Both the position numbers and the translations under genes were made by a program. Below, in pieces: positions 20,204 to 30,017 of a stretch of 64,000 bases of DNA. The notes below the pieces were generated by a model, which had not been told where the DNA came from, made no database searches, and was given only the letters and a program-made list of their open reading frames with translations. Every line of letters starts with the position of its first letter. Position 1 is the first letter of the stretch. The stretch covers positions 269,951-333,950 of the forward strand of contig CBDDDG010000001.1 of assembly GCA_965226555.1 (NCBI GenBank), in the 5' to 3' direction. This DNA comes from Salinispira sp. (GTDB lineage: Bacteria; Spirochaetota; Spirochaetia; DSM-27196; Salinispiraceae).

Positions 20204-20287
20204 GCCCAGGTGGCGGAACTGGTAGACGCGCTAGATTCAGGTTCTAGTGGGGGCAACCCCGTGGAGGTTCAAGTCCTCTTCTGGGCA
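20204..20287 (+). tRNA. tRNA-Leu(CAG)
   Basis: Acceptor stem GCCCAGG/TCTGGGC, anticodon arm CTAGA-TTCAGGT-TCTAG, long variable arm, GGTTCAAGTCC T-arm; CCA not encoded. Confidence 0.96.
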
Positions 20288-20539
20288 ATAAAAATCTTAA
20301 GCTGAAAGAAGGTGCATCTGCCTTTAGGGTTTTTGTGTGTGAAAATATAGAGGACTTGAAACGGAGGCTTCGACCCGACCGAATAGGGAGGGAAAAAAGC
20401 CATGGAAGGCTTTTTAGGAGCCGGAGACGCCCTGTAATTGAGCGACATGGAGGGAGCGAAATGGAAGGGCAAGTCCTCTTCTGGGCAATAAAAATCTTAA
20501 GCTGAAAGAAAGTGCATCTGCCTTTAGGGTTTTTGTGTG
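20270..20539 (+). repeat. tRNA 3'-end direct repeat (70 bp, 200-bp offset) enclosing a ~130-bp element
   Basis: 20270-20339 matches 20470-20539 with 1 mismatch; AGAGGACTTG (20349-20358) is the reverse complement of CAAGTCCTCT (20470-20479). Confidence 0.85.
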
Positions 20540-20671
20540 GAAACATATCCTATCTTTCTGTTGAATGTACCGAATTTCCAGCTGATCAGACATATTTTTC
20601 CCCTTAATGTTACAACTCGTATAGCAATAGAGTTAGAGCATTCGGAGGCAATCAGATAGAACGATAATTCT

Positions 20672-20717
20672 GAGATGAGAGAATCCTCACTGGACAATTT
20701 TGCAGAGCAAAAATTTA
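20672..20717. repeat. Partial palindromic element
   Basis: GATGAGAGAATCCTCACTGGACAATTTTGCAGAGCAAAAATTT, similar to 62997-63040. Confidence 0.7.
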
Positions 20718-20718
20718 T

Positions 20719-20883
20719 CTAGGCTATTGCTGAAGGATTGCAGAGGTTTTTTTTATCTGCTGCTGATCGCGCGCAGTTGAGACAGACAAAATCCGGTTTT
20801 TTTACAATTATGAAAAGCTGATCCATATTGTTCTGGATATCTTCCGGTTTTAATTCACACAATGTCATTGCACTCAGGTCCAT
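20719..20883 (-). CDS. 54-aa four-cysteine small protein (not in the ORF track)
   Basis: AAGGAGG RBS; MDLSAMTLCELKPEDIQNNMDQLFIIVKKPDFVCLNCARSAADKKNLCNPSAIA; upstream TTGCTT-17-TATAAT promoter on the minus strand. Confidence 0.8.
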   Translation of the reverse strand: MDLSAMTLCELKPEDIQNNMDQLFIIVKKPDFVCLNCARSAADKKNLCNPSAIA

Positions 20884-21047
20884 ACGTCCTCCTTGTGAGT
20901 ATTTTTCATAACACTAATTATAGCATGCAAGTGTTTCAGAAGCAAGTAAAAGTATCGGATCACTTGGGATATTGGCGCGCTGCGCTTCGTGTATGCCAGC
21001 ATATTGAGCGCCCAATCATCCTCCGGCAAGTCTGGTAAAAATTATGA

Positions 21048-21084
21048 GATAACTTTTGCATTTTGCAAAACTTTGTGTTAGTAT
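21048..21084 (+). promoter_or_regulatory. sod promoter overlapping a palindromic mini-element
   Basis: Element gataacttttgcattttgcaaaactttg (21048-21075) contains TTGCAT (21056-61), 17 bp from TAGTAT (21079-84). Confidence 0.55.
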
Positions 21085-21108
21085 GGTGAAAAATTTTGAG
21101 GAGCCACT

Positions 21109-21717
21109 ATGTCTTTCAAAACACCAGATTTACCCTATGCCTACAATGCCCTTGAGCCTCACATTGATGAGCGCACCATGCAGGTACACCACGACAAGCA
21201 TCATGTCGGTTATACGACCAAGCTGAACAAGGCGCTTGAAGGAAGCAGGCTTGAAAATACAGGCCTAGAAACCCTTCTCTGCGATCTTTCTTCCGTTCCG
21301 GCAGACATTCGCGGAGCTGTGCGGAATAACGGCGGCGGGCATTATAATCACTGTCTTTTCTGGGAAATTATGTCCCCGAACGGAGGAGGAGAACCCTCAG
21401 GGGAGCTCGCAACTGCCATAACAAAGGCCTTTGGCAGCTTTTCCAAATTCAAAGCTGAGTTCAGCAATGCTGCGGCAACACGCTTCGGAAGCGGCTGGGC
21501 ATGGCTTGCCGTGGATAAGGCCGGCACACTCTCAGTCTGCAGTACCCCAAATCAGGATAATCCTCTCGCTGACGGATTAACCCCAATTCTCGGGCTGGAT
21601 GTGTGGGAACACGCATACTACCTCAAGTATCAAAACCGCCGCCCCGAATATGTCGATTGTTTTTTCAATGTTATCAACTGGGAAAAGGTAGCTGAAAAAT
21701 ACTCAACACTAATCTGA
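21109..21717 (+). CDS. sodA: Superoxide dismutase, Fe/Mn family (Mn-type signature)
   Basis: [23 protein letters not shown] and DVWEHAYY motifs. Confidence 0.93.
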   Translation: MSFKTPDLPYAYNALEPHIDERTMQVHHDKHHVGYTTKLNKALEGSRLENTGLETLLCDLSSVPADIRGAVRNNGGGHYNHCLFWEIMSPNGGGEPSGELATAITKAFGSFSKFKAEFSNAAATRFGSGWAWLAVDKAGTLSVCSTPNQDNPLADGLTPILGLDVWEHAYYLKYQNRRPEYVDCFFNVINWEKVAEKYSTLI

Positions 21718-21761
21718 CTCTGAAACCGCCATGGTTTCCCGGAATACAGAAGGACTTCCCC

Positions 21762-22988
21762 ATGCTCTCATCCCGTATGAGGGGGAAGCCCCTTGTGTAT
21801 CTGGACAATGCTGCCACATCTCTTACCCCGGAACCGGTCATTGAGAGGATGAACCGCTACTACCGTGAATATGGAGTAAACATTCACCGGGGCATATACG
21901 AATTTAGTGAGCGGGCAACACGTGAGTATGAGCAGGTGCGGGTCGATATTGCCCGTTTTCTGAATAGTCCCGAAGACGCCCACATCATTTTCACCCACGG
22001 CGCCACCGAAAGCGCCAACCTCATTGCATACGGCTGGGGGCGGAAATTTCTGCGCCCCGGCGACATTGTTCTCAGCACCGAATATGAGCACCATTCTACC
22101 CTCGTCCCTTGGCATGCGGTCTGTGAAGCGCAGGGGGCAAAAATGGCATTCATTCCCATTATCAGGGAAAATCTCACCTTTGATCTGGATGCATACTACA
22201 ATCTTCTGAATGAGCGGGTAAAAATCCTTGTTCTCAGCGCCATGTCCAATGTAACCGGATACATGCCGCCTCTCAGGGAAATAATTGCAGCAGCCCATGC
22301 CAACAATACCCTCGTTCTCCTCGATGGAGCGCAGCTTGTGAGCCATCATCCTGTTGACATTCAGGAACTCAATCCCGATTTTCTCTTTTTCTCTGCCCAT
22401 AAAATGCTCGGCCCCACCGGTGTCGGCATTCTTTGGAGCCGAACCTCCCTCATGGATTCCATGGATCCCTTTATGTATGGAGGAAATATGATCCTCAGGG
22501 TACATAAGGATCATTCTACCTATCATCCCCTCCCCCAGAAGTTTGAGGCAGGGACGCCCAACATCGCAGGGGTTCTTGGTGCAGGAGCAGCAATCGAATA
22601 CCTCGAAAGAGTTGGGATGAAGAATATTGAAACATATGAACATCATTTAATTGATAATATCCGCAGACGGATCGCTGATATGGACAGCTCTTTCATTTCC
22701 TACCTTCCCCGAACCGGCACAGCGCAGAATAACGGAGAGCCGGAAGATATGCGGCAGGGCGGCATTTTCAGCTTTAACATCGCGGGCCTTCACAGCCACG
22801 ATATCGGAGCCCTGCTCGATGCCCAAGGCATAGCAGTACGCAGCGGTTTTCACTGCGCCATGCCCCTCATGGACCTACTGGGAGTTCCCGGAACCGTCCG
22901 CGCAAGTTTTTATTTCTATAATACCGAAGCCGACATCGATGCTCTCTTCAGCGGCCTACAGGCAGCCAGAGACATTCTGACCGGATAA
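21762..22988 (+). CDS. sufS: SufS-type cysteine desulfurase
   Basis: YLDNAATS, SAHKMLGPTGVG, FEAGTP and VRSGFHCA motifs; the frame continues upstream with IQKDFP, so the true start may be near 21720. Confidence 0.9.
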   Translation: MLSSRMRGKPLVYLDNAATSLTPEPVIERMNRYYREYGVNIHRGIYEFSERATREYEQVRVDIARFLNSPEDAHIIFTHGATESANLIAYGWGRKFLRPGDIVLSTEYEHHSTLVPWHAVCEAQGAKMAFIPIIRENLTFDLDAYYNLLNERVKILVLSAMSNVTGYMPPLREIIAAAHANNTLVLLDGAQLVSHHPVDIQELNPDFLFFSAHKMLGPTGVGILWSRTSLMDSMDPFMYGGNMILRVHKDHSTYHPLPQKFEAGTPNIAGVLGAGAAIEYLERVGMKNIETYEHHLIDNIRRRIADMDSSFISYLPRTGTAQNNGEPEDMRQGGIFSFNIAGLHSHDIGALLDAQGIAVRSGFHCAMPLMDLLGVPGTVRASFYFYNTEADIDALFSGLQAARDILTG

Positions 22989-23039
22989 GCCAGTCCCCCC
23001 GTCCCCAAAGCCCTGCCCGACAGCCTGCCCGACAACAAA

Positions 23040-23148
23040 TGCACGCGGGGCAACGCGGACGCGCGGGGCAACGCAATGGCGAGCAGGGCAACGCGGCTGC
23101 GCGAAGCAACGCAATGGCGAGCAGGGCAACGCGGCTGCGCGAAGCAGC
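23040..23148. repeat. Intergenic tandem repeats (38 bp x2 plus shorter units)
   Basis: GCAACGCAATGGCGAGCAGGGCAACGCGGCTGCGCGAA repeated in tandem. Confidence 0.8.
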
Positions 23149-23169
23149 CTGAGGATAACGGAGGTTTTC

Positions 23170-23685
23170 ATGGATGATGCAAGCAGGATAATTCTTGATC
23201 ATTACCGGGAACGAAAGTTTCTTACCGAAATGCCTGAACCCCGACTACAGGGCACAAACATAAACCGTGCCTGCGGCGATGAACTAACACTCTATATTCG
23301 CCCCGCCCCCGGCCCAAACAAAACAGCCGACAACGCAAACGCGATTATTGAAGATATTTCATACACCGGACAGGGCTGCTCCATCTGCATCGCCTCAGCC
23401 GATATCCTCTGCCAAGAACTGAAAAACATGAAAATTGAAACCGCCCGCGCCATCGCTGAGCAATTTCTCCGCGCCATTCACAACAGCGCAGCAACAGCCG
23501 AACAGCCCCCGAACACCCCCAGCGCAGCAACAGCCGAACAGCCCCCGAACACCCCCACGGACAGGTTCCCGGGAGACATTCCTGCCCTCCTGAGCCTGCG
23601 CGACTACCCCATACGCCGGAAATGCGCCGTCATGGCCTGGCTCATTTTTTGCGAGTTGATTAATACATATTCCTCTAATTTCTGA
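23170..23685 (+). CDS. sufU: SufU/IscU-like Fe-S scaffold
   Basis: ILDHY, N..CGDE, GQGCSIC.ASA and P.R.KCA..AW motifs; internal 36-bp tandem duplication. Confidence 0.85.
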   Translation: MDDASRIILDHYRERKFLTEMPEPRLQGTNINRACGDELTLYIRPAPGPNKTADNANAIIEDISYTGQGCSICIASADILCQELKNMKIETARAIAEQFLRAIHNSAATAEQPPNTPSAATAEQPPNTPTDRFPGDIPALLSLRDYPIRRKCAVMAWLIFCELINTYSSNF

Positions 23686-23806
23686 TATCATACGTGAAGG
23701 TTTCGGGTACGCTGATACCCATGATCATTTTATGCGCATAACAAATCCTATACAACATAAGAATAATGCACTATAATAATATGTACGACTTTCGGAGGAA
23801 AATCAT

Positions 23807-24868
23807 ATCAAGGCTTTAATTGTTGATGATGACCTGAATTTTATTGAAGGCGTAAACTGCCTTATTCCTTGGGAATCTCTCGGTTTCGATCATATTACAT
23901 CCGTTCAGAATGGATACCAAGCATTACAGTCAATTAAGAAAGATGCTCCGGATCTCCTCCTGACGGATATTAAAATGCCTATCATGAACGGATTAGAATT
24001 ACTGAAGCAGATAAGTGATCAGTATGTGGATATTGAGTTTATACTAATTAGCGCCTACGAAGAATTTGAATATGCCCGGGAAGCTTTAAATTTTGGAGCG
24101 AGACGATACATTCTCAAACCAATAAATCAGGAAAAAATTAATAAACTTATCAATGATATTCGCTCTGCGGGAAGAGAAATTCAAAAACAACTTCATCAAT
24201 ACAGAAACAATATCCTTGAAAATACCAGTGCTGAAATTTTGCGACATGCCCTGAATACTATGGATATGAAATGCATCCGATCCTGTCTGAAGGAATCTAT
24301 TGACAAATTAGAATCGGGACAGGATATCAAACAATATTGTTTTTCAGCTATTTCCTTTTTATTCTCCTATTACCAATCTCAGGGACTGTGGCCGGACAAA
24401 ATTTATCCGGAAGGTAAGCATATATTTTCCAAGTTGTTGCCATGCAAGAATAAAAAAGATATCATACATCTTACTCTGATGAGTGTCGAAAAATTTTTCA
24501 TGGCAATGAATAAAAAAAGCAAGGAGCATATCCCCCAATTAATCAATATCATCAAAAATTTTCTCATGGATCACTACTCCGATCCCGAACTATCGTTACG
24601 GGTAATTGCAGGTAAATTCGGGATATCAGCAACATATCTAAGTACACTCTTTAAAAATGTAACCGGCAGAAACCTGAGTGCATTTCTCATGGATTTGAGA
24701 ATGAAAAGGGCGTGTGATTTACTGGGTGAGACCAATCTCAAATTATTGGATATTTGCCTCCACATTGGTTATCGGAATCCGCATTATTTCGGAAAGGTTT
24801 TTAAACGCACTATGCATATGTCTCCAGCAGAATACAGAACTCTGAGAATGATCGGGCATCAGAAATGA
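23807..24868 (+). CDS. YesN-like response regulator (receiver plus AraC HTH)
   Basis: Frame open from 23807: (I)KALIVDDD...IPWESLGF...NG..AL....PDLLLTDIKMP.MNGLEL; C-terminal AraC signature; GGAGGA RBS precedes an ATC codon. Confidence 0.85.
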   Translation: MKALIVDDDLNFIEGVNCLIPWESLGFDHITSVQNGYQALQSIKKDAPDLLLTDIKMPIMNGLELLKQISDQYVDIEFILISAYEEFEYAREALNFGARRYILKPINQEKINKLINDIRSAGREIQKQLHQYRNNILENTSAEILRHALNTMDMKCIRSCLKESIDKLESGQDIKQYCFSAISFLFSYYQSQGLWPDKIYPEGKHIFSKLLPCKNKKDIIHLTLMSVEKFFMAMNKKSKEHIPQLINIIKNFLMDHYSDPELSLRVIAGKFGISATYLSTLFKNVTGRNLSAFLMDLRMKRACDLLGETNLKLLDICLHIGYRNPHYFGKVFKRTMHMSPAEYRTLRMIGHQK

Positions 24869-26697
24869 TCTTCTCACATCATTTTCAAACACTCCGAAAT
24901 CAGATATTTTTTGTTTTTCTCCTCGCATTTGTTATTCCGTTTATTATTTCTGAATTGTTGTTTTATAAAATTTCCCAGGATATTCTTCTGAATCAAATAA
25001 AAGACAATCTGAAAACGCATGTATATCAAAACACGGCAAGTCTGGAAACATTGATAACACAAATAAACCAGTCTACTGTCTATTTATTCACCGATAAGGC
25101 AATAGTAGACATTCTTTTATCAGACCCCGATGATCTTCTTGATGTTATAAATACTCGGCTAACTCTCAACAATTTATTTTCTCATACCCTGACTCTTCCC
25201 TCGTATTACACATACTCTTCTGCGCAGTTATTCATTAATACGGACCTGCCGTTTTCCAGAAATTTGAGGATATATGACAGCGCTACTCAACCAACATCAC
25301 GGACAGGCATATATCAATCGACGAAGATGACGGATATGGCATGGTTTAAAAAGACCGTACAGGAGAATGGCCGCCTGTATTCTTTCATTGATATTGGGAA
25401 TGTGGATCGCTTGTGTATAGCCCGATCCATAAAAAATATGTACATTGCAAATACACAAGGCAATGCTCACCTCGGGGTAGTTCGCGTTTGTATTGAACAT
25501 TCTGAATTTGACAACTATATTACCTTTGCTGACATAGCTCAGGACACACGGGCAGTTGTGCTTTCAGCGGAAGGAACAGTACTCTACGATAATAGACCGG
25601 ATACCGGTAAAAGTACAGACTTTACCACGGTAATTGATACAGGGAACAGCCGCAAAAATAGTTTTTTCGATTATCATGATTCTTCAGGATCGTGGTTAAC
25701 GAGAATAGATACATTGGACTGGGGCTGGAAACTTGTTTCATTCATTCCCTATGCAAGTATCAATAAGACACTGGCGCCGATCCAGGCTCTCATAGTTGTA
25801 ACAACGCTTTTCGAATGTTTACTTTCATTTATCATAGCCATTTTACTATCTAAAGCAATCTCCAATCCCATAACCTCCCTTGCTGAAACCATGCGCAGAG
25901 TAAAACCACAGGAACGAAGTAATATTCAATTTCATCCTCCATATTGTGATGAAGTCAACGAATTATACAATGCCTTTAATCATCTCCTTGAAAGAACCGA
26001 TCAATTACTTTCTGAGGTTGCGACAAGAAAAGAGATGCAGAAGGTTGCCGAATTAAAAGCCTTGCAGGCTCAGATAAATCCTCATTACATCTACAATACC
26101 CTCGATTCTGTCGGATGGGTGGCGCTGAAGAGAAAGCAGAGCGATATTGCAGACATTGTATCGCTTCTTGCGGACATTATCCGATACAGTATTAAAAATT
26201 ATGGGCAGATGGTTCTGCTGAGCGATGAAATCACGCATATTGAAAATTATATGTCCATACAATCTTTCCGTTTCAGTACAAAAACCACGCTGACATTCGA
26301 CATACCAAAAAAATATTATCGCATTAAAATTCCCAAACTTATTATACAGCAATTAATTGAAAATTCTTTACTGCATGGTTTTACAGGATATGAGGGAAGT
26401 TCCGGGAGAATACACATTTCTCATGAAATACAGGAAACCTTCTTTATTCTGAGAGTGGATGATAATGGAATGGGATGTAATCCCGAAGTTCTGAATGCCT
26501 ATCTCAGGGAAGAAAACGCTGTTCTTATGAATTCTGACGGTATGGGCATAAAAAATGTGCATGAACGACTTCGTTTACGCTTTGGTCCATCATCAGGATT
26601 GATATATGAGCATCGTACTAACGGAGGCACATCGGCAAAGCTCATGATACCACTGGAAAAAATTTTCATTGCTCCTCACAATTCTCACAGAGGATAG
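24865..26697 (+). CDS. YesM-like sensor histidine kinase
   Basis: Two TMs, HAMP, LQAQINPHYIYNTL, ENSLLHG and DNGMG motifs. Confidence 0.9.
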   Translation: MIFSHHFQTLRNQIFFVFLLAFVIPFIISELLFYKISQDILLNQIKDNLKTHVYQNTASLETLITQINQSTVYLFTDKAIVDILLSDPDDLLDVINTRLTLNNLFSHTLTLPSYYTYSSAQLFINTDLPFSRNLRIYDSATQPTSRTGIYQSTKMTDMAWFKKTVQENGRLYSFIDIGNVDRLCIARSIKNMYIANTQGNAHLGVVRVCIEHSEFDNYITFADIAQDTRAVVLSAEGTVLYDNRPDTGKSTDFTTVIDTGNSRKNSFFDYHDSSGSWLTRIDTLDWGWKLVSFIPYASINKTLAPIQALIVVTTLFECLLSFIIAILLSKAISNPITSLAETMRRVKPQERSNIQFHPPYCDEVNELYNAFNHLLERTDQLLSEVATRKEMQKVAELKALQAQINPHYIYNTLDSVGWVALKRKQSDIADIVSLLADIIRYSIKNYGQMVLLSDEITHIENYMSIQSFRFSTKTTLTFDIPKKYYRIKIPKLIIQQLIENSLLHGFTGYEGSSGRIHISHEIQETFFILRVDDNGMGCNPEVLNAYLREENAVLMNSDGMGIKNVHERLRLRFGPSSGLIYEHRTNGGTSAKLMIPLEKIFIAPHNSHRG

Positions 26698-26705
26698 GTA
26701 TAAAC

Positions 26706-27989
26706 ATGTTTGATACACAGGCAGAGAATCTGAAAAACTTTATCAATGCCCGATTTGGTATGTTTGTTCATTACGGATTGTACAGTCTGAAGGGACAGGA
26801 TCCATGGTATCTGAATAAGGAAAAAATTCCATTATGCGAGTATAAAAAGCTGGCAGAACAATTCACTGCGCGGGAATATAATGCGGATAAACTCTGTGCC
26901 GCGGCGCAAAGGGCGGGTATGAAATACATCTGCCTTACAACTATGCATCATGACGGATTCATGCTCTATGACAGCGCGCTCAGTGAATTTAATTCTGTAC
27001 GATATGGCGGCCGTGATCTTGTTCAGGAAACCATAGAGGCAGCAAGGAAGTATGCGCTGCGCATTCATTTATATCATAGCCTGAATCATTGGACAGCGAC
27101 TCCCGACGGAGCAGATGCTCTGGAAAGCGCGGAACACTATGAAACATTCATTACTTTTACTTTCCAGCGGATCAGGGAGTTGCTCACAAAATATAATCCG
27201 ATAGATGTCCTCTGGTATGACGGGTGGTGGCCCTTTAATGCGAAGGGTTGGCAGGCTGAAAAAATGAATGAGATGGTACGGGAAATTCAGCCATGGATTC
27301 TCGTAAATGGGCGCAATGGTCTGGATGGAGACTTTACTACCCCCGAACAGCAGATGAAAGCGCCAAACCCATGGAAGCCATGGGAAGCGTGCATTACTCT
27401 CAATGATAACTGGGCCTATGTCAGAGATGATCTTCAATGGAAATCGCCGTATGCGCTCAGTGCGCTCCTTGTGACGGCCGCCAAAGGTAATGGGAATCTC
27501 CTATTGGGAATTGGACCTGAACCCGATGGCGGTATACCGGAAGAAGCGGAACGCATATTGGAGAGAATTGGGAAATGGTTACACACAAACAGAGAAGCTT
27601 TCTCCAATAATATTGTGTTTGATCTTGGTCTGGAAGAACGGAAAAACAATCTGTCAGATTGGTCTCCGGTGTGTGATTTTACCGCATCGGGAAACACTCT
27701 CTATATTATTGTTACATACTGGCAAAGCAAACGACTTATCATTACCGGACTACAAACTCCCCCGGAAACTATTACCCTCCTTGAAAACGAGCAGGAATAC
27801 CCTTTTGAATATGAAAGTGAAACCGGCAAACTCATTATTAAAAACCTGCCGGAAAACTCCCCGGGATTCCGGCCGATATTCAGGGTAACCTGCCGTAGTC
27901 AACCGGAAATATATGGATGCGGAGGAATGCGGATGCCCACTGTTCCGCACCCCCCCTATGATCCCTGCACATCTGATCTGAATTGGTAA
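26706..27989 (+). CDS. Alpha-L-fucosidase (GH29)
   Basis: RFGMFVHYGLYS, AGMKY..LT..HHDGF, LWYDG and WEACITLN..W.Y motifs. Confidence 0.88.
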   Translation: MFDTQAENLKNFINARFGMFVHYGLYSLKGQDPWYLNKEKIPLCEYKKLAEQFTAREYNADKLCAAAQRAGMKYICLTTMHHDGFMLYDSALSEFNSVRYGGRDLVQETIEAARKYALRIHLYHSLNHWTATPDGADALESAEHYETFITFTFQRIRELLTKYNPIDVLWYDGWWPFNAKGWQAEKMNEMVREIQPWILVNGRNGLDGDFTTPEQQMKAPNPWKPWEACITLNDNWAYVRDDLQWKSPYALSALLVTAAKGNGNLLLGIGPEPDGGIPEEAERILERIGKWLHTNREAFSNNIVFDLGLEERKNNLSDWSPVCDFTASGNTLYIIVTYWQSKRLIITGLQTPPETITLLENEQEYPFEYESETGKLIIKNLPENSPGFRPIFRVTCRSQPEIYGCGGMRMPTVPHPPYDPCTSDLNW

Positions 27990-28118
27990 TACAAAAGTTT
28001 CTAATAGAAATAATTACCCATAATTGAAAGAAATTACCAATAAAAATTGTTATAACTTCTTTATACTATGTGAAAGTTTTCCAAAACAAAAAATTTTCAC
28101 AGTATATGGAGATAGGTA

Positions 28119-29024
28119 ATGAAAATCGCCGGGAATAAAAATAGAGACCTGCTTTTAATGGCCCTTCCGGGTATTTTCTTATTTATCATTTTCAAATATC
28201 TGCCAATGTTTGGAGTCGTTTTAGCGTTCAAACAGTTCAATGTAAGTAAGGGAATTTTCGGGAGCCCTTGGCATGGTCTGGAAAATTTCAAATTTCTCTT
28301 CAGATCAACTGATGCGTGGCTAATAACGAGAAATACTATTGGCTACAATATTATCTTTATTATTCTTGGAATAATTATTCCCGTTTTTATAGCCATAGTG
28401 CTTTCAGAAATTCGCGGTCGGCGAGTTGCAAAGCTTTACCAAACAATTTTTATTATGCCGCATTTCCTGTCATGGGTTGTTGTCAGCTTTATCGCATTCG
28501 CATTTCTTAATGCCGATAAAGGCTTCATTAACAATCTCCTCGGGAACTTTGGTATAGATCCTGTTTCATGGTATACAGAAGCCAAACCTTGGCCGGGAAT
28601 ACTCGTTTTTATACAGGCATGGAAAACCTCCGGGTATACGAGCATTATTTATCTTGCCGCCATTGCCGGAATTGACAGTGAATATTATGAAGCGGCAATG
28701 ATTGATGGCGCCGGCAAACTGGCTCAGGCCTTCAGAATAACCATTCCCTTTCTCATACCCATGATAAGCATACTGACCATTCTGGCTATTGGAAGAATTT
28801 TTTATGCCGATTTTGGCCTGTTCTTTCAGGTTCCCCGGAACTCAGGTCCCCTCTATCCTGTCACACAAGTTATTGATACCTATGTCTACATCGGTCTTCG
28901 TAATTGGGGAAACATTGGAATGGCAGCGGCAACCAATCTGTATCAATCGTTCGTTGGTTTTATTCTTGTTCTCTCATCAAACCTCATTATACGAAAGTTC
29001 AGTAGTGAAAATGCATTGTTTTGA
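28119..29024 (+). CDS. Carbohydrate ABC permease (LplB-like)
   Basis: YLPMFG...AFK, PHFLSWVVV and YEAA.IDGA motifs. Confidence 0.92.
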   Translation: MKIAGNKNRDLLLMALPGIFLFIIFKYLPMFGVVLAFKQFNVSKGIFGSPWHGLENFKFLFRSTDAWLITRNTIGYNIIFIILGIIIPVFIAIVLSEIRGRRVAKLYQTIFIMPHFLSWVVVSFIAFAFLNADKGFINNLLGNFGIDPVSWYTEAKPWPGILVFIQAWKTSGYTSIIYLAAIAGIDSEYYEAAMIDGAGKLAQAFRITIPFLIPMISILTILAIGRIFYADFGLFFQVPRNSGPLYPVTQVIDTYVYIGLRNWGNIGMAAATNLYQSFVGFILVLSSNLIIRKFSSENALF

Positions 29025-29037
29025 AAGGAGATAAACG

Positions 29038-29955
29038 GTGAGAATACACAGTACCTATATGCCAAACCAAATCCCCAAAACATGGAGATTAGTATTTCAT
29101 TCCATTCTGTTAATATTATTTTTGTTATGTATTCTGCCGGTAGTTCTGGTATACATCATCTCCATTACCAGTGAAACTTCCCTGAAAGCACATGGATACA
29201 GTTTTTTCCCTTCTGAGCTTAATCTGCAAGCCTATCAATATTTACTGAGAGATAGTTCTCAAATTCTCAGAAGTTTTGCCGTATCTGTTTCAATTACTCT
29301 ATTGGGTTCAGTTGGTGGTGTGTTGGTAATGTCAATGTATGCCTATACCATTTCCCGCCAATATTTCAAATACAGAATGTTTCTGTCATATTTTGCAGTC
29401 TTCACGATGTTATTCAACGGAGGTATAGTTCCCTCGTATATTATTAATACATCACTGCTCCATCTCAATGATACTCTTTTTATTCTCTTTCTCCCTCTCA
29501 TGATAAATGCCTTCTACATCATCGTCATGCGGACATTTTTTAGACGATCTATTCCCGATGCCGTTATTGAATCTGCCAAACTGGATGGAGCAAATGAATT
29601 TACTATTTTATTTCGCATCGTAATACCCATGGCAAAACCCGCTCTTGCGACAATTGGATTGTTCCTCGTAGTTGAACTCTGGAACGATTGGTTTCATGGA
29701 CTCCTCTACATAACAAAACCGGAACTTACTTCTCTTCAATACCTGCTAATGAAAATTCAGAATACACTTGAATTTCTGAGAAGTAGTACAACAATTTCCG
29801 GATCTGCGCGTGTATTGGAATTATTACAAAACATTCCGACTGAAAGCGGGCGGATGGCGCTGACAGTTTTTGTTATGACGCCAACACTGTTCGCATATCC
29901 GTTTTTTCAGCGATATTTTGTACGGGGACTGACGGTTGGAGCTGTGAAAGGATAA
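29038..29955 (+). CDS. Carbohydrate ABC permease (LplC-like)
   Basis: MLFNGG.VP.Y, ESAKLDGA and YPFFQRYFV.GLT.GAVKG motifs. Confidence 0.92.
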   Translation: MRIHSTYMPNQIPKTWRLVFHSILLILFLLCILPVVLVYIISITSETSLKAHGYSFFPSELNLQAYQYLLRDSSQILRSFAVSVSITLLGSVGGVLVMSMYAYTISRQYFKYRMFLSYFAVFTMLFNGGIVPSYIINTSLLHLNDTLFILFLPLMINAFYIIVMRTFFRRSIPDAVIESAKLDGANEFTILFRIVIPMAKPALATIGLFLVVELWNDWFHGLLYITKPELTSLQYLLMKIQNTLEFLRSSTTISGSARVLELLQNIPTESGRMALTVFVMTPTLFAYPFFQRYFVRGLTVGAVKG

Positions 29956-30017
29956 TTGGAATAAAAATTACACGGCATATGAAAAATCTGCCGGAAAGTA
30001 ATTCAAAGGAGGACAAT

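Noticed and set aside
20270..20539. attL/attR of a prophage or ICE at tRNA-Leu
   Set aside because: Only 200 bp separate the repeats, and no integrase or phage genes occur in the window.
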